Source: Vezdaea acicularis
Taxonomy: Eukaryota
DNA: 64,000 bases
Direction of reading: 5' to 3'
Assembly (NCBI GenBank): GCA_026025075.1
Contig: JAPEUI010000047.1
Span: 1-64,000, forward strand
Notes under the pieces: generated by a model
What the model saw: only the letters and a program-made list of their open reading frames with translations
What the model was told of the DNA's origin: nothing
Databases searched by the model: none
Part shown: piece by piece, positions 51,427-62,711 of the stretch
Layout of the letters: each line of letters starts with the position of its first letter
Position numbering within the stretch: position 1 is the first letter of the stretch
Position numbers and translations under genes: made by a program

Positions 51427-52515
51427 TGACGGATAGAACGGGTGTGAACGGATGTAAAGGGTGTTAGAGCGAGAGGTAGCAACACGATAGTGACCAAAGG
51501 CGAGGTAGTTCTGGCTAGCGTAAGACAAATTGTAGAACGAATGTCGTCAGGAAGCCGAAAGGTGTGGCGAATGAGCGTTGCGATAGCATCCGGCGAATGA
51601 GTCGATAGCAAAAGATAGACAGTTAAGCCAGCAGCATAACGAGTTATGTCGACAATAGAAAGGCAGTTATGGTGATACTTCACTTGCTCACAACAGCGTC
51701 GAGGTTGGGGGTAGTTGCGGAAGGTCGATGGCTACTGCTGCTCCGAGAGGACACAGGTGAGGGCTTTAGCTTGTGCCCGGCGTCCTAATCGGTCACGAGC
51801 GATGCAGGCAGCTGCAGGCTTCCTGCAGCATCGAGAATACGGAAGATTTGCGGACAGCGCTCGCAGGTAACGTCGATCTCCCGGCACATGCGGTGGTGGA
51901 TGATGCCAAGTATCTCGGTCGTGCTGCTCGCTTCAGGGCTGGTTATTTGGCATGGAATTGGGAGGAAGATAAGAAGAGCTTGAGATGTGGCAAGAGGGAT
52001 CCAATGATGTCAGTCAGACGACAACGGCCGCCAAATATCCTCCGTCCTAGTTTGAGATGTATTTGAAGGGAGGTGTTGCGTGTGCAGTGTATGTAGGGTG
52101 TAGGGATTTCTCAGATGTAATGTACTTTTTCGATGACAGTTACTAGAAGTCGTTTGGGCTGTGCCATAGTCTCCGATGTCTCGTGCCAATTCCTTTTCAA
52201 AGCTGTTATTAAACTTCTTCGCAACAAGTATCGGAGTGAGAATCATGTCTAAGCCATTGAACCTATAGCAATATACCCTGGATCAAACTAATGCTTTTCG
52301 AGAAACGCAAGGCTATTCATTTGATTTTCGGCCTAACCACGGGTTCATCTATCGTCTCCATGGTCGCGCTTCGGCTCTTTGGAACACTAGTGCTATCCCA
52401 CCCCTTCAAGACTTTTACCATATCTCGATGCATATGTAGATGGCATGATAAACCAAGCATACAAGGCAAAGTCCCCTCTGTCTAAGCAATCTGGGGTCAA
52501 CCTATGCTCATGACC

Positions 52516-54249
52516 TCAACGTCCGAGCGTGTAGTCTCTGGTGCTCTCGTCCTGAATACCCCCCTTGTCCTCTTTTACTCCGAGGATGCGAACGCGCGTA
52601 GGACTATTGGCAGAACCCTCTGTACCGAGGCTGGCAAGCTTATCTTCGAGACGCTTCATGACTAATTCGTGATCAGCTACTAGGAGTACAATAGCATCAT
52701 ATCCACCCGCTCCGGGAACAACCCCTCCGATGACGCCTGGAAGGGCAGAGCAAGCGTCAAGAAGCCGCTGCTGCTCTACGGGCTCAATTGGGACGTTGCT
52801 TTTATCGGACATCTCCCGGATTGCTGATCGAATTTTTTGAATAGTGGTCGCGATATTTGCATAGTGTCCATTCCAGACTTTCTTCTTGTCAATCGATGCA
52901 TCTCCAGACGCTATGGATTCTAGGTCCTGCTTAAAAGCCGAAGGATTTAGCTTTGCATATTCCGCAAGGTAAATCAGATCGAAGGTAAGCGCTTTATTCG
53001 ATTCTTGCAAGGTGGTCCATATCCGTTCAGCTTCGTCGGCATCATTCTGCCTCCATGCAAGTACCTTTTTCACCATCCCAACGGTCTGAGACCCGCAATC
53101 CACGTCGCACATGACGATTCGTACGCCCGTAGGGAAGATGGTAGGCAATTTGATGATCTCAGTATCCCAAGGCTCTTCTTGAACGAGGGATTGGAGGCGC
53201 TGCAAGAAACCAAATGACCCAACTTGACCCAGCTGATCCAGGATTGAAGGAGAGAAACGCCGGTAATTACAAGAGCCATAGACCGCCGCTGCGACATCAA
53301 ATCCAGATCCAACTTTACCTTGTGCCGCGCAGTGAGAGGCTTGCGCAAGATTGTGGAGGACATCTTTCGCCTTTAGCTGAGAAGTGCTAGGATCAAGCAA
53401 AGAGAATGTCTCTGGAGGTAGGTAGAACAGTAGAAGAGCGGCCGTGAAGGCCGTGACTAGAGCTGCGGACGAGCCTAGACCTGTCTTATGTGCTTCATGT
53501 AGAGGTACCTTGAAATCAGTGAAAGCGTCCTTGATTCTGTTTGGATTGGACTGCGAATAATAGTCATCGTCTGCGAAAATCGTGATAGAAATTGGAGCAA
53601 TGAGGCCGGGCTTGACGGCACTGATATAGCTTAAAGCATAGCTGAGGGCAGTTTCGACAAAGGGATTCTTTGGGCCCAAGAGAGGCGAGGTACTAAGAAG
53701 AATGTAGTGAGTATTGAAACTTTGAAATGCAGAAGTTCAAGAATAAAACTCGAACAAGGTTGTGACGCTTCATCATTCAAAGGTCTAAAAGAGACTTGAC
53801 AACATGTCGTTCCACGTATGTCGTCTTCGGCATCCCCAATCGCGTGATTACTGTGGAAACATACAGTTTGCAGTGAAATGGATAGCATTGAAAGGCTCAA
53901 CCCGAAATGACCCTCAGGTATTATGGTGCTTGGAAACGAAGTATAGATCGTTGAAGGAGCCGGAAGCTGAATCTCACCCTTTCAATTGGGTGATCTCGAC
54001 GCCACCATCACCCTCTATGAGCCGGTAGCCATAACGCCATTCAGCGTTGCGAAACTGAGGCGAACGGACAATGATCTCCGATAGTTCGACGCCATCGCTT
54101 GTGGGCATTGGCTGCACCTGAACATGTATTCTAGCATCGAGACCAACCACTAGGCCCTCGTACTTTCGATCGAGAACAAGATATCCGCCTGCTAGGAGGA
54201 CCTTCCCGGGAGCGGAAGCAGCCACTGTGTGTGGTTTGGTTGGATCCAT
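52516..54249 (-). CDS. ERG8: Phosphomevalonate kinase; exons 54249-53978, 53692-52516
   Basis: SAPGKVLLAGGYLVLD, NPFVETAL, HKTGLGSSAAL, AQGKVGSGFDVAAA, GVVPGAGGYDA. Confidence 0.95.
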
Positions 54250-55231
54250 GTTTGTGAAGAGAAAATTAAAACCATATGATCGACGGTTGCGGTGAATTAT
54301 GGGAAGTAGAGAGCAATGGTGCCCGGGTTCAGCTTCGCATCGCGATCATCCGAATCCGGGCTTACGGGTTTCCATTTGTTCCGAGAGAAGGGAGAAAACA
54401 CTCTTCGTGTGCACGAAGAGTGAAGCAAGCGGAAGGCTTTTGATAATTGATACTCTTCCAACACCATTACCATGCCGTTTCCTTGCAACACATGCTCATC
54501 GCAGCGACTTCACTTGGGATACAAACACCCTCGACGTTCCGAAGACGACTTTGATCGTGGTCTCGTGAGGACGCGAAGTCGGTGACTCAGGCACCGACTT
54601 TGGCCGACGCCCTTGCGCGGCCGGTGGTGCCCTTGGCTGGTGCACGGATGCAGCGTGGCCGTGTGGCCGTCATCATCCCGAGTAGGGGGGCTGGGAGGCA
54701 AGCCGATGGGCCCCGGGCAAGCTTGTACGGCCAGCCAAGCGAGTGGGCTTAGCTGGCCTCGAAAATTTCTCGGAGCACATTCCACCACATGAGCACACCA
54801 CTTCGCGTGCAATCCGCTCTCTTCTCCCTTCCACCTCCTTCACCTCTCTTCCAACGTCACCTCTCCATTATCCTCCGAGGGATCACGCAAACCTCGAGGT
54901 CTTCCTGAAAATCTTCGTCCCTCGACTCACCTGACCCTCCCCACTCTTTCGTCCAAGGCATAACAAAGTGGTGGACTTGTCCGTGAGGCTAGAACAGACC
55001 TCCCTTCAACCTTATTCCCTTCTTCGACCAAGTTTCCATAGCTCTTTCAGGATCTGGTCAGCCGCATTCTAGCTTGATGCTCTTAGGATCAGTACGACTA
55101 CATAAAGTCGATTGCTCCACAGCGCCTCCATCTTGCCGCATACAGCGTCGCGGTAGAAGGAGTGTATCAAACCTTTAACCCATATATCCAATTCGGACAG
55201 CGCGTTCATTGACCGGCTCACGTGCCGTTCA

Positions 55232-55400
55232 ATGAACCTGCACTCTTCTTCACCTTTAATCCCACTTGTAAGTGATCCGTAGCTCTGTACCGTTTGGCAA
55301 GGCCCGTAGTGATCGTGCTTTGCGACGATTCATGCTCCACACTGACTTTGCGAACCAATAGACCCACCCTCCCATGCAGAAGGGTCACTCTCCTCTCTAA
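55232..55400 (+). promoter_or_regulatory. Predicted spliced upstream ORF (exons 55232-55267, 55362-55400; MNLHSSSPLIPLTHPPMQKGHSPL*)
   Basis: ATG 55232, GTAAGT donor 55268, CACTGAC branch 55340-55346, TAG acceptor 55359-55361, stop TAA 55398-55400 adjacent to main ATG 55401. Confidence 0.5.
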
Positions 55401-58400
55401 ATGGTTTTCGGTGTCAAGTTTGCCCATCTCGCACGACCAAACTTACTTAAGAACTTCACACATGGATACGCTCAGTCCCTTGTAGCTGCTTCACAGTCTT
55501 CGACACAGCTTGGCCCTTTCAACAACCACCCTGCAAGTAGATTTGGAAAGCCGGGAAATAACCGCATCCAGAGTGCATTTCAGCATACTTCCAATGCATC
55601 CAGCTCTGGTCCTAGCGCGAAGGCGGGGCTCACAGCTTCTGGCCCCAACGCGGATAGTGGACTAGCAGCCTATTACGCAGCTTGGCAGCAGCACCACAAT
55701 AATGATGCCGATAATGAATGGAGGCAGTTTCAATTCACCAAGAGGCTAGAATGGAAAGTCTCACCTCGTTCACAAGATCTCCTGGGCAACGATACGGCCA
55801 TTCCTGGTCTTGAGGATGATTCCTTCGTGCCGCGCCAGGCGAAGGCGGGTCGATCATATAGCGCCAGCGCTGTCGATGATATTCGCAATGCTCAAGATGC
55901 AGCTGCTGCGGCCAGGAATGAAGTACCTGTAGCTGAGCGTGCTACTGAAGACACCGAAGCAGTGCCGTTTGAGCAGACAGAATCCGGGCTAGCTTCAAAT
56001 GTTTCGGCACAAGCGTCAGATACTGCAGCAGCTCCATCGCAGACACCGGCGCTCACCCCCGAATCTTCTGAACTTGAGTCTCCTCAAAGTCTCGGCACAT
56101 CGGCAACAACATTCTCGATCGCCCGATCTATTTCGTGGACTGATCAACTATCACATTTGAGCGATTCACGTCAATACAATGAGATCCCGCTCATATTCCA
56201 GTCAATGCTTGCAGAAGGCATTACGCCAACTGCATCTGCCTATAACTCGCTCTTATTAGCAGCCATCAACCTAGCTGCGGGTAAACACCACGTGGTGCCG
56301 AAAGCTTTGGAGGTGTACTCGCACATGCTTGCCAAAGGGGTCTCACCAAACTCGACCACATACTCTATCATGCTGGAGCTACTTGCTTCAAGAGCTCTAG
56401 AAGTCCGAGAAATTCAACAAACTTTGGGGGAGAAGAAGCTCCGCTACAGCGACCCAAGAGAACCAGGACGCTTCCTCTTTAAATCGAGTGAGGTAGAAGC
56501 CGATTTGGTGAAGAAAGATATCTCCTTGAATATAGCGATGAGAATCTTTGAAGCATCTACTAAGGACCCTAAGGATATCACACTTAGCGCAGAGACCTAC
56601 AGAATCCTTATCCAGGCTTGCGCGGCATTCGGCAAAATCAAAGAGATGAACCAATTTTACACCTCCGTCATGAAAAGACAAGTGACACCAAATTCTAGTA
56701 CATTCGTTTATATGATGGAAGCTTTTGCCTCGCAGGGTGACCTTGACAACGTCATTCGCTGTTACAATGAATTCAAGACACTTGCCGTTGCTGATAACAA
56801 TGGACAGCCTGCCCTTACCGATCGGCTTGACAACGCTGTCTACGCTGCATTGATTAAGGCTTATACTACCGTTGGGCAGAAGAGCCAAGCTGCTCAATTC
56901 CTTGCGCAAATCGTCAAGTCATATCCCGAAAGGGAAGATAGACAGGCGGCTATCGATGCTCTGCGAGATTTGGTCATCCCCAGATCTTTCATGGAGGAAC
57001 GGCTTGACAGCGGCCATTTCGCAGAAGCTCTTGAGTTGGTCAATGATGCTGGCTTAAGTACGTCTGCACGTGCTGAAGCTATGACAGTCATATCTGTACG
57101 AGCTGCTGATGCAGATCATGTTGATGTTGCTACTGCGGCATATAAACAGGGTGTATCCTCTGAGACAACTCCAGCGATTGCATTGATGGCTTCACACGTA
57201 CGAAGTAGAGATCTCGACGCAGCAAGGTACTATTGGGATGTGCTTTCCTCGCCTAATAGATTCGCTCATGCCTCTCTAATCGAGCCTACGACTTTATATG
57301 CAGCGACTCTCATCGAGCACGGCTTGGTCGAGGAAGCTTTACACGAAGCACGTATGATGTTTGCTCGCGTTCGCTCCGCTACTGACTCTCCGTCGTCCGT
57401 CGTCTTGGATCACATCCACGAAGGGCTTGAGTCAATTGGGTCTGCCTTGATCGAGAGCCAAATTATACCATCCGTGGGTGCGGCGGTTGACTATATGTGG
57501 TCTATGACTGAGAATGGTGGTCTGTTCGCCCCAGCGACCCGACATGCTCTCTTGGGCTTCGGGCCGGAGCAAATGTCGCAGCTCAATTACAAGGATCTCA
57601 TATTAGTACTGCAAGTGCAGGCTGGCCTGATAAACTCGAGTAATTCTGCTCCAGACTTGGCAGACATTTCCAGATTCGCTGCTTTGCTCGAAACTACTCT
57701 CGCACGCTCTTCGTCGCTCGACTCACGTACCGAAGCTATTGTCCAGCAAAGTGTCATAAAAGTAGCTGACCCAAGCCTCTACCATGGACGACCTGATATC
57801 GGCAGGTTGTGGCAGAATTACCTCAACCCTATCACTGAGCCAATCACTCCGATTTCTCCGGGCGGTTATCAAGTGGAGCAGGTGTACAGCCAGGTTCCTA
57901 CATATGAGGAGACATTCAACCCTTACGCTGCTGCAACAGATCGAGGTACATCTCAATTGATCATCGACACACTTGAGAAAGGCAGAGATAGATCAGGAAG
58001 CGGCCGACTGAATACAGCGTTGACAAAACTTGGGCACCTTCGTCGTGCAGGTAGATTACCTAGCTTTCCTGCCATGAGCCGACTTATTGGTGCCGCGGCT
58101 AGAGAGCATCAAAACCCAGTGGTGAGTCAGCTCCTGGAGACTGCCGCTTCGGATCTGCCACTCCTTCCACAATATCCTGCAGTTCGACAAGGTTGGATCT
58201 CAATCTACGACTCGATGCTAGGTGCCAGCCTTACCTCAGGAGATCGACAAGCAGCAGCCAGGTACCACCAAAAAATTCTTGATCTTGGCGGGGCGCCGAC
58301 AGCAAATACCTACGGACTCTACATCACGACCATGAAAGAGTCAACGAAGACATTTGACGAAGCGGCTGAAGCTCTAAAGATCTTCCTTCGTGCCAAATCG

Positions 58401-59321
58401 GAAGGTGTAGAGCTGACACCGTTCCTCTACAACGTCCTGCTCGGCAAATTGGCCAAGGCCCGTCGCATTGATGACTGTCTTCTGTATTATCATGAGATGC
58501 GATCACTTGGCCTTAGGCTGACTAGCATCACTTACGGTTCAATCATCAACGCCCTCTGCCGAGTAAGCAACGAACATTATGCTGAAGAGATGTTTGAGGA
58601 AATGGAGTCGATGCCAAATTATAAGCCGCTCGCAGCACCATATAATTGTATGATGCAGTTCTACGTTAAGACGAAGCGAGACAAAAAGAAGGTGCTCGAG
58701 TACTATGAGCGCATGCCTGCGCAGAATGCGGAACGTACGCCTTACACCTATCAGTTACTCATCCAGGCACATGCTACTCTCGAGCCTGTTGATATGAATG
58801 CGGCGGAAGCTGTGTTTGATACTATGCGCCAAGATGGATTGGAGCCTACTGGGAAGCACTTTTCCGACATCATCCACGCTAAGGGATGTGTATTGCACGA
58901 TATGGCGGGAGCACGGAAGGCTTTCGACGACGTTTTAGCAAGTGGGCTGAGACCAGAGGCTTGCTTATACCAGGCTTTGATAGAAGCCATGGTCGCGAAT
59001 CACTGTGTCGCCGATACTGAAGAGGTCGTCAGTAGTATGAGATCCAGAGGGGTTGGAATGACTCCATACATTGCAAACAACTTAATACGGGGTTGGGCAC
59101 ACGAGAACAACGTTGGGAAGGCCGAAGCTATCTATAATGCACTCGGCACATCAAAGCGAGAGCCTAGCACTTACGAGGCCATGACCAAAGCTTTCCTCAG
59201 CGTGAACGATAAGAGCGGAGCTGCCAGAGTTATCCGCGAGATGCTATCTCGCGGCTATCCTGCGGCCGTCGCCGGAAAAATCAGTGAGCTTCTAGGAGGA
59301 GCCACTCACACTTCATCCTAG
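55401..59321 (+). CDS. Large pentatricopeptide-repeat (PPR) protein, probably mitochondrial (Ppr5-like)
   Basis: Repeated 35-aa PPR units (P..SAYNSLL, PNSTTYSIML, TPFLYNVLLGKL, TSITYGSIINALC, EPSTYEAM). Confidence 0.9.
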   Translation: MVFGVKFAHLARPNLLKNFTHGYAQSLVAASQSSTQLGPFNNHPASRFGKPGNNRIQSAFQHTSNASSSGPSAKAGLTASGPNADSGLAAYYAAWQQHHNNDADNEWRQFQFTKRLEWKVSPRSQDLLGNDTAIPGLEDDSFVPRQAKAGRSYSASAVDDIRNAQDAAAAARNEVPVAERATEDTEAVPFEQTESGLASNVSAQASDTAAAPSQTPALTPESSELESPQSLGTSATTFSIARSISWTDQLSHLSDSRQYNEIPLIFQSMLAEGITPTASAYNSLLLAAINLAAGKHHVVPKALEVYSHMLAKGVSPNSTTYSIMLELLASRALEVREIQQTLGEKKLRYSDPREPGRFLFKSSEVEADLVKKDISLNIAMRIFEASTKDPKDITLSAETYRILIQACAAFGKIKEMNQFYTSVMKRQVTPNSSTFVYMMEAFASQGDLDNVIRCYNEFKTLAVADNNGQPALTDRLDNAVYAALIKAYTTVGQKSQAAQFLAQIVKSYPEREDRQAAIDALRDLVIPRSFMEERLDSGHFAEALELVNDAGLSTSARAEAMTVISVRAADADHVDVATAAYKQGVSSETTPAIALMASHVRSRDLDAARYYWDVLSSPNRFAHASLIEPTTLYAATLIEHGLVEEALHEARMMFARVRSATDSPSSVVLDHIHEGLESIGSALIESQIIPSVGAAVDYMWSMTENGGLFAPATRHALLGFGPEQMSQLNYKDLILVLQVQAGLINSSNSAPDLADISRFAALLETTLARSSSLDSRTEAIVQQSVIKVADPSLYHGRPDIGRLWQNYLNPITEPITPISPGGYQVEQVYSQVPTYEETFNPYAAATDRGTSQLIIDTLEKGRDRSGSGRLNTALTKLGHLRRAGRLPSFPAMSRLIGAAAREHQNPVVSQLLETAASDLPLLPQYPAVRQGWISIYDSMLGASLTSGDRQAAARYHQKILDLGGAPTANTYGLYITTMKESTKTFDEAAEALKIFLRAKSEGVELTPFLYNVLLGKLAKARRIDDCLLYYHEMRSLGLRLTSITYGSIINALCRVSNEHYAEEMFEEMESMPNYKPLAAPYNCMMQFYVKTKRDKKKVLEYYERMPAQNAERTPYTYQLLIQAHATLEPVDMNAAEAVFDTMRQDGLEPTGKHFSDIIHAKGCVLHDMAGARKAFDDVLASGLRPEACLYQALIEAMVANHCVADTEEVVSSMRSRGVGMTPYIANNLIRGWAHENNVGKAEAIYNALGTSKREPSTYEAMTKAFLSVNDKSGAARVIREMLSRGYPAAVAGKISELLGGATHTSS

Positions 59322-59993
59322 ACTCTCAAATATTCGCACGCAGGGTTGCGCAGAGGAATCTTGAAGCACACTAGCCTACGACTTGTTCGGTTTCATAAAT
59401 AACTTAACGGCCGTCCTTTTGCTTTGAGATCCACCACTATCACTTTCCTTTGTTAGATACCCTGGGTGCACACACAAAAAGTTGGAGATTTCAGCCCTGG
59501 AAGAGCTGGACTGGACCGGGCGAGAACATAGCTTTGCATTGCGTTTGGTTCGGCGGGTCTGGGGGATCTCCATCGTTGCTTCTGTTGGCTATAGATGCTC
59601 GCACATGATGGCCGGCGTTGCCTCTGTACTATACCGAGCCGGGGTGTTCTTTTTTGGGGGAGTCTAGGGTGGCGTTTGACTGAGCGCCTGTGGCATAGCC
59701 TTGTAACATCTCCACTCATATGGGCTGTTCAATACAGACCCTGCATAGCAGAATAGAATCTCAACTTCATAAAGAGTTAATGATTTTCTCAAATGCTCAC
59801 CGCGCTCCCTGTGTAATCTTTCAGGTTACTGTTTCGTAAAGTATAGCCCAGTGACTCGTCAAACCGCATCATCAATATGGTCCCAGGAACATTAGATGCT
59901 TTGAACGTCGCGATAAAAACGTCGTTATTTCCCAGAATTTCTGTGACAAAGCTTTCTACCCCCTAGAGGAGGTTCTAAAAATGCAAAAAGATA

Positions 59994-60092
59994 TGACTGC
60001 ATTGAGGATCGAACTCAAGACCTTGTCCGTACACAGGCCCAAAGGGACCTTTGATGTTAAGGACACGTGATAACCAACTACACCATGCGGCC
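59994..60092 (-). tRNA. tRNA-Val(AAC) with ~25-nt intron
   Basis: Reverse complement GGCCGCATGGTGTAGTTGGTTATCACG TGTCC TTAACA[intron]C GGACA AGGTC TTGAG TTCGATC CTCAA TGCAGTC A; T-rich downstream. Confidence 0.9.
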
Positions 60093-60220
60093 GATAATTA
60101 ACAGATTGATATGCTAAGATAAACTATATTCTACCAATCCAACAGCCCCTCACATAGAAATTCTTAGCGACACCATCCCACCTAGCAATCAACAGTCACT
60201 CATATACAGAAAAGACCACT

Positions 60221-61590
60221 ATGGCCGACGCAGACGAAGACCGCATCTCTGCGCACCCCGCGGCCGAGGACGACGACCCCTCGGACGAGCTCCCCGACTA
60301 CGGCTTCCTAGCCTCCCACACCCCGTAAGCCTCTCCCCATCTATATCCCTTGCCGCAACCCTCCCAAACTCATTCTTAACCTTCCCTGCCATAACAGAAC
60401 AGAAGACCCCCTCCTACCCCGGCGCGGCGCGAAAGACTTCGAACCGAACCCAACCCAGCACCAAACGACGCTCCTCTCGCAGTCCCGCGCCGCAATGCAC
60501 AATGCGCTGAGCCACACGCGCACGCATATCCCGAAGTCGCATCTGGTGGGCTATTGGGAGCCGACTATGCGCCGTTGTCGGGTTCCGAGTCCGAGGGGAC
60601 AGCATTTTAGGACGATGGGGAGGGCGGGGAGAGATGGTACATGGTTGAATGGAGAGGAGATGCTGTATTTGCTTGAGAGGGGCAGTTTGGATGTTAGGTG
60701 GCCTGTTTTTGGGGGGGAGGAGGAGGAGGAGGAGGAGGGCGAGGGTGTGGTGATGGGCTTGCAGGGGGGGTATGCGGCTGTGCTTGGGGAAGAGGGCGTG
60801 GATGGGAGGGTGGGGTTGGAGGAGTGGGTTGTATATGCTGGGTTGCGGAGGGCGGGGTTTGCGGTGTTTAGGGCTGGGGATATATATCGAGAAGATGTGG
60901 CGGTAGGGGCAGTGAGTGTGAGGGGAGGGGGAGTTGGGATCGTGGGTTTGTTTGCCCAGATTTTTGGGGGGTTATTCGGATGGAGAGAAAGGGCGGCGCC
61001 GCTCGAGGGGCCATTGGTCGGGAAAGGGGTGTATAGGAGTTATAGTAAGTGTCGACGGATCTTGTACTTTTTGAAGGTCTTGCTAATAAGGTGTAGATGA
61101 CATATATAAACGCCTCGCTATCATCCCGTGGCACGACCCTAATACGCCGTCTATCGAATCACCAACCCCACCTGAAGCACCCTTCAAGACCACCTACCAT
61201 GTTTGGAAACTCTCCTCTGTCACCTTTCGCAAATCGAACCCTGGCCCGCCTGACTTTCGCGTTGCTGTAGTAAACACGAGGACAACTTCTGTTCCTACGT
61301 TGGAGCAAATGAGTGCGTTGTTGGAGAGCATGCCATTCGACCCTCCGACCGAGAAAATGGAGAAGCACATTTATCAGAAGCTGAAGCACGGGTACAGGAA
61401 TGTCATCCTTGCGATTGTGGACCAGGGCGTTGTTAGCTACCTTAGGGTGAGTGACGCTGGCTTTGGGAACGTGAAGCTATATGAGCGGTTCTCGGGGAAC
61501 GTAACGCACGGCGGGAAAGGTGGCCGTGGAGGTAGAGGGGGAAGAGGCGGGAGAGGCGGGAGGGGCGGGAGAGGAAGGGGAAAGGGCTGA
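60221..61590 (+). CDS. SEN54: tRNA-splicing endonuclease subunit Sen54; exons 60221-60324, 60398-61044, 61097-61590
   Basis: MADADED, LPRRGAKDFEP, G.HF.TMG, WL..EE.LYLLERGSL, VYAGLRRAGF, FRKSNPGPPDFR, LKHGYRNVILAIVDQGVVSYL; RGG-repeat tail. Confidence 0.92.
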
Positions 61591-61961
61591 AGAAAGGTAT
61601 GGATGGCTAGATGTCTCCGCTCAGAATAAAGTCCGCCGCCGTTGAGAGGAAGACGGTAGGCTGAATAGGAGGGAGTGGCTTGATATGCCATCTTCTATAG
61701 ACGTGCGACCCATGGTGTGCGTGGGGAAGCACGCATATGCTCAGATGGAGTCGGGAACTCACTGGGCATAGGAATAGCATGACTGCTCCCTTTGAAAAGG
61801 GTTCAGAAATGGCTAATGGCTTGGGATAGGAAAGCCGGATGATGGACGTCCGCCAGCATCTGCGCATGGCGAACTTGTTCTAGCCAATAATAACGCCTAT
61901 GACGGTGAAATTCATAACGCCAGCCCCAGTCAAAAGACCATGTGTATTGATGTAAACAACC

Positions 61962-62438
61962 TTAAGCTATAATGCACCTGGTGAGCTAATGTTCAAAGCC
62001 GGGAAAACGTAGATAGTTAAGAGCTTACTCTCCAGATAATCCGCAGCCGACAACAGTTCCAGGCACATCTCAGGTGGGATTTCCATATCTGGAACTTCCA
62101 AAGCGTTCATATGCTTGTTCTTGTCCGCATACTTGAAGTATTCCACAACCCACTCCAAGGTCTGGCCACTAAAGACAAACAATGGGTAATTAGCATTACT
62201 AGAAATATCGAGCTATTGGAGAAGCAACTTACTTTATTCCCTCGAAGGTGCACCGGCTTTGTACTGCCTCTGAGAAGTTACTTCTAGGATCGATCATACG
62301 GCGTATAGTGCCTGAGATGCACGCCTGAGCGCGGGTAACCTTGAACTCCATGCCATCGCTTGAGACAAGAGTAATGATATCTGATTCCTTTGGTTCGCCG
62401 TTTGGCAGGCCATTCGAGTGTTCCGTCAGGGGCGCCAT
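61962..62438 (-). CDS. ELC1: Elongin C; exons 62438-62233, 62168-62029, 61966-61962
   Basis: ITLVSSDGMEFKV.R..ACISGTIRRM, F.E, LEWVVEYF, IPPEMCLELLSAADYL. Confidence 0.93.
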
Positions 62439-62711
62439 AACCGCAGCTATGCGTTTGTTGCAAGTTGAGGGCAACAACAAAGGAAACAAGCAAAGTGGTG
62501 AGTGCAAGAAGCTGGGGAGAACTTAAACAGGCAGAAAACTTACCGCCTGCACGAACGGGCTCTCGGCTGATCTCCGGGGATGTGTTTGCTCTTGTTTGAT
62601 CTCAGGCGGGCATAAACTTTAGCCCACCAAGTGCCCGCCCATAATCAAGGTCGTGCACTGATCTTCAGAATCTGGGAGCCTCATCTTAAGGTCCCTTCAT
62701 CTACGATCAGG

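Noticed and set aside
53720..53782. SECIS-like element (ATGA-containing hairpin)
   Set aside because: It lies in an intron, lacks a clear GA-quartet partner and apical AAR, and Pezizomycotina are not known to use selenocysteine.
61510..61590. 9-bp GG(A/C)AGAGGC-type repeat as a mobile-element or satellite remnant
   Set aside because: It encodes the in-frame RGG tail of Sen54.
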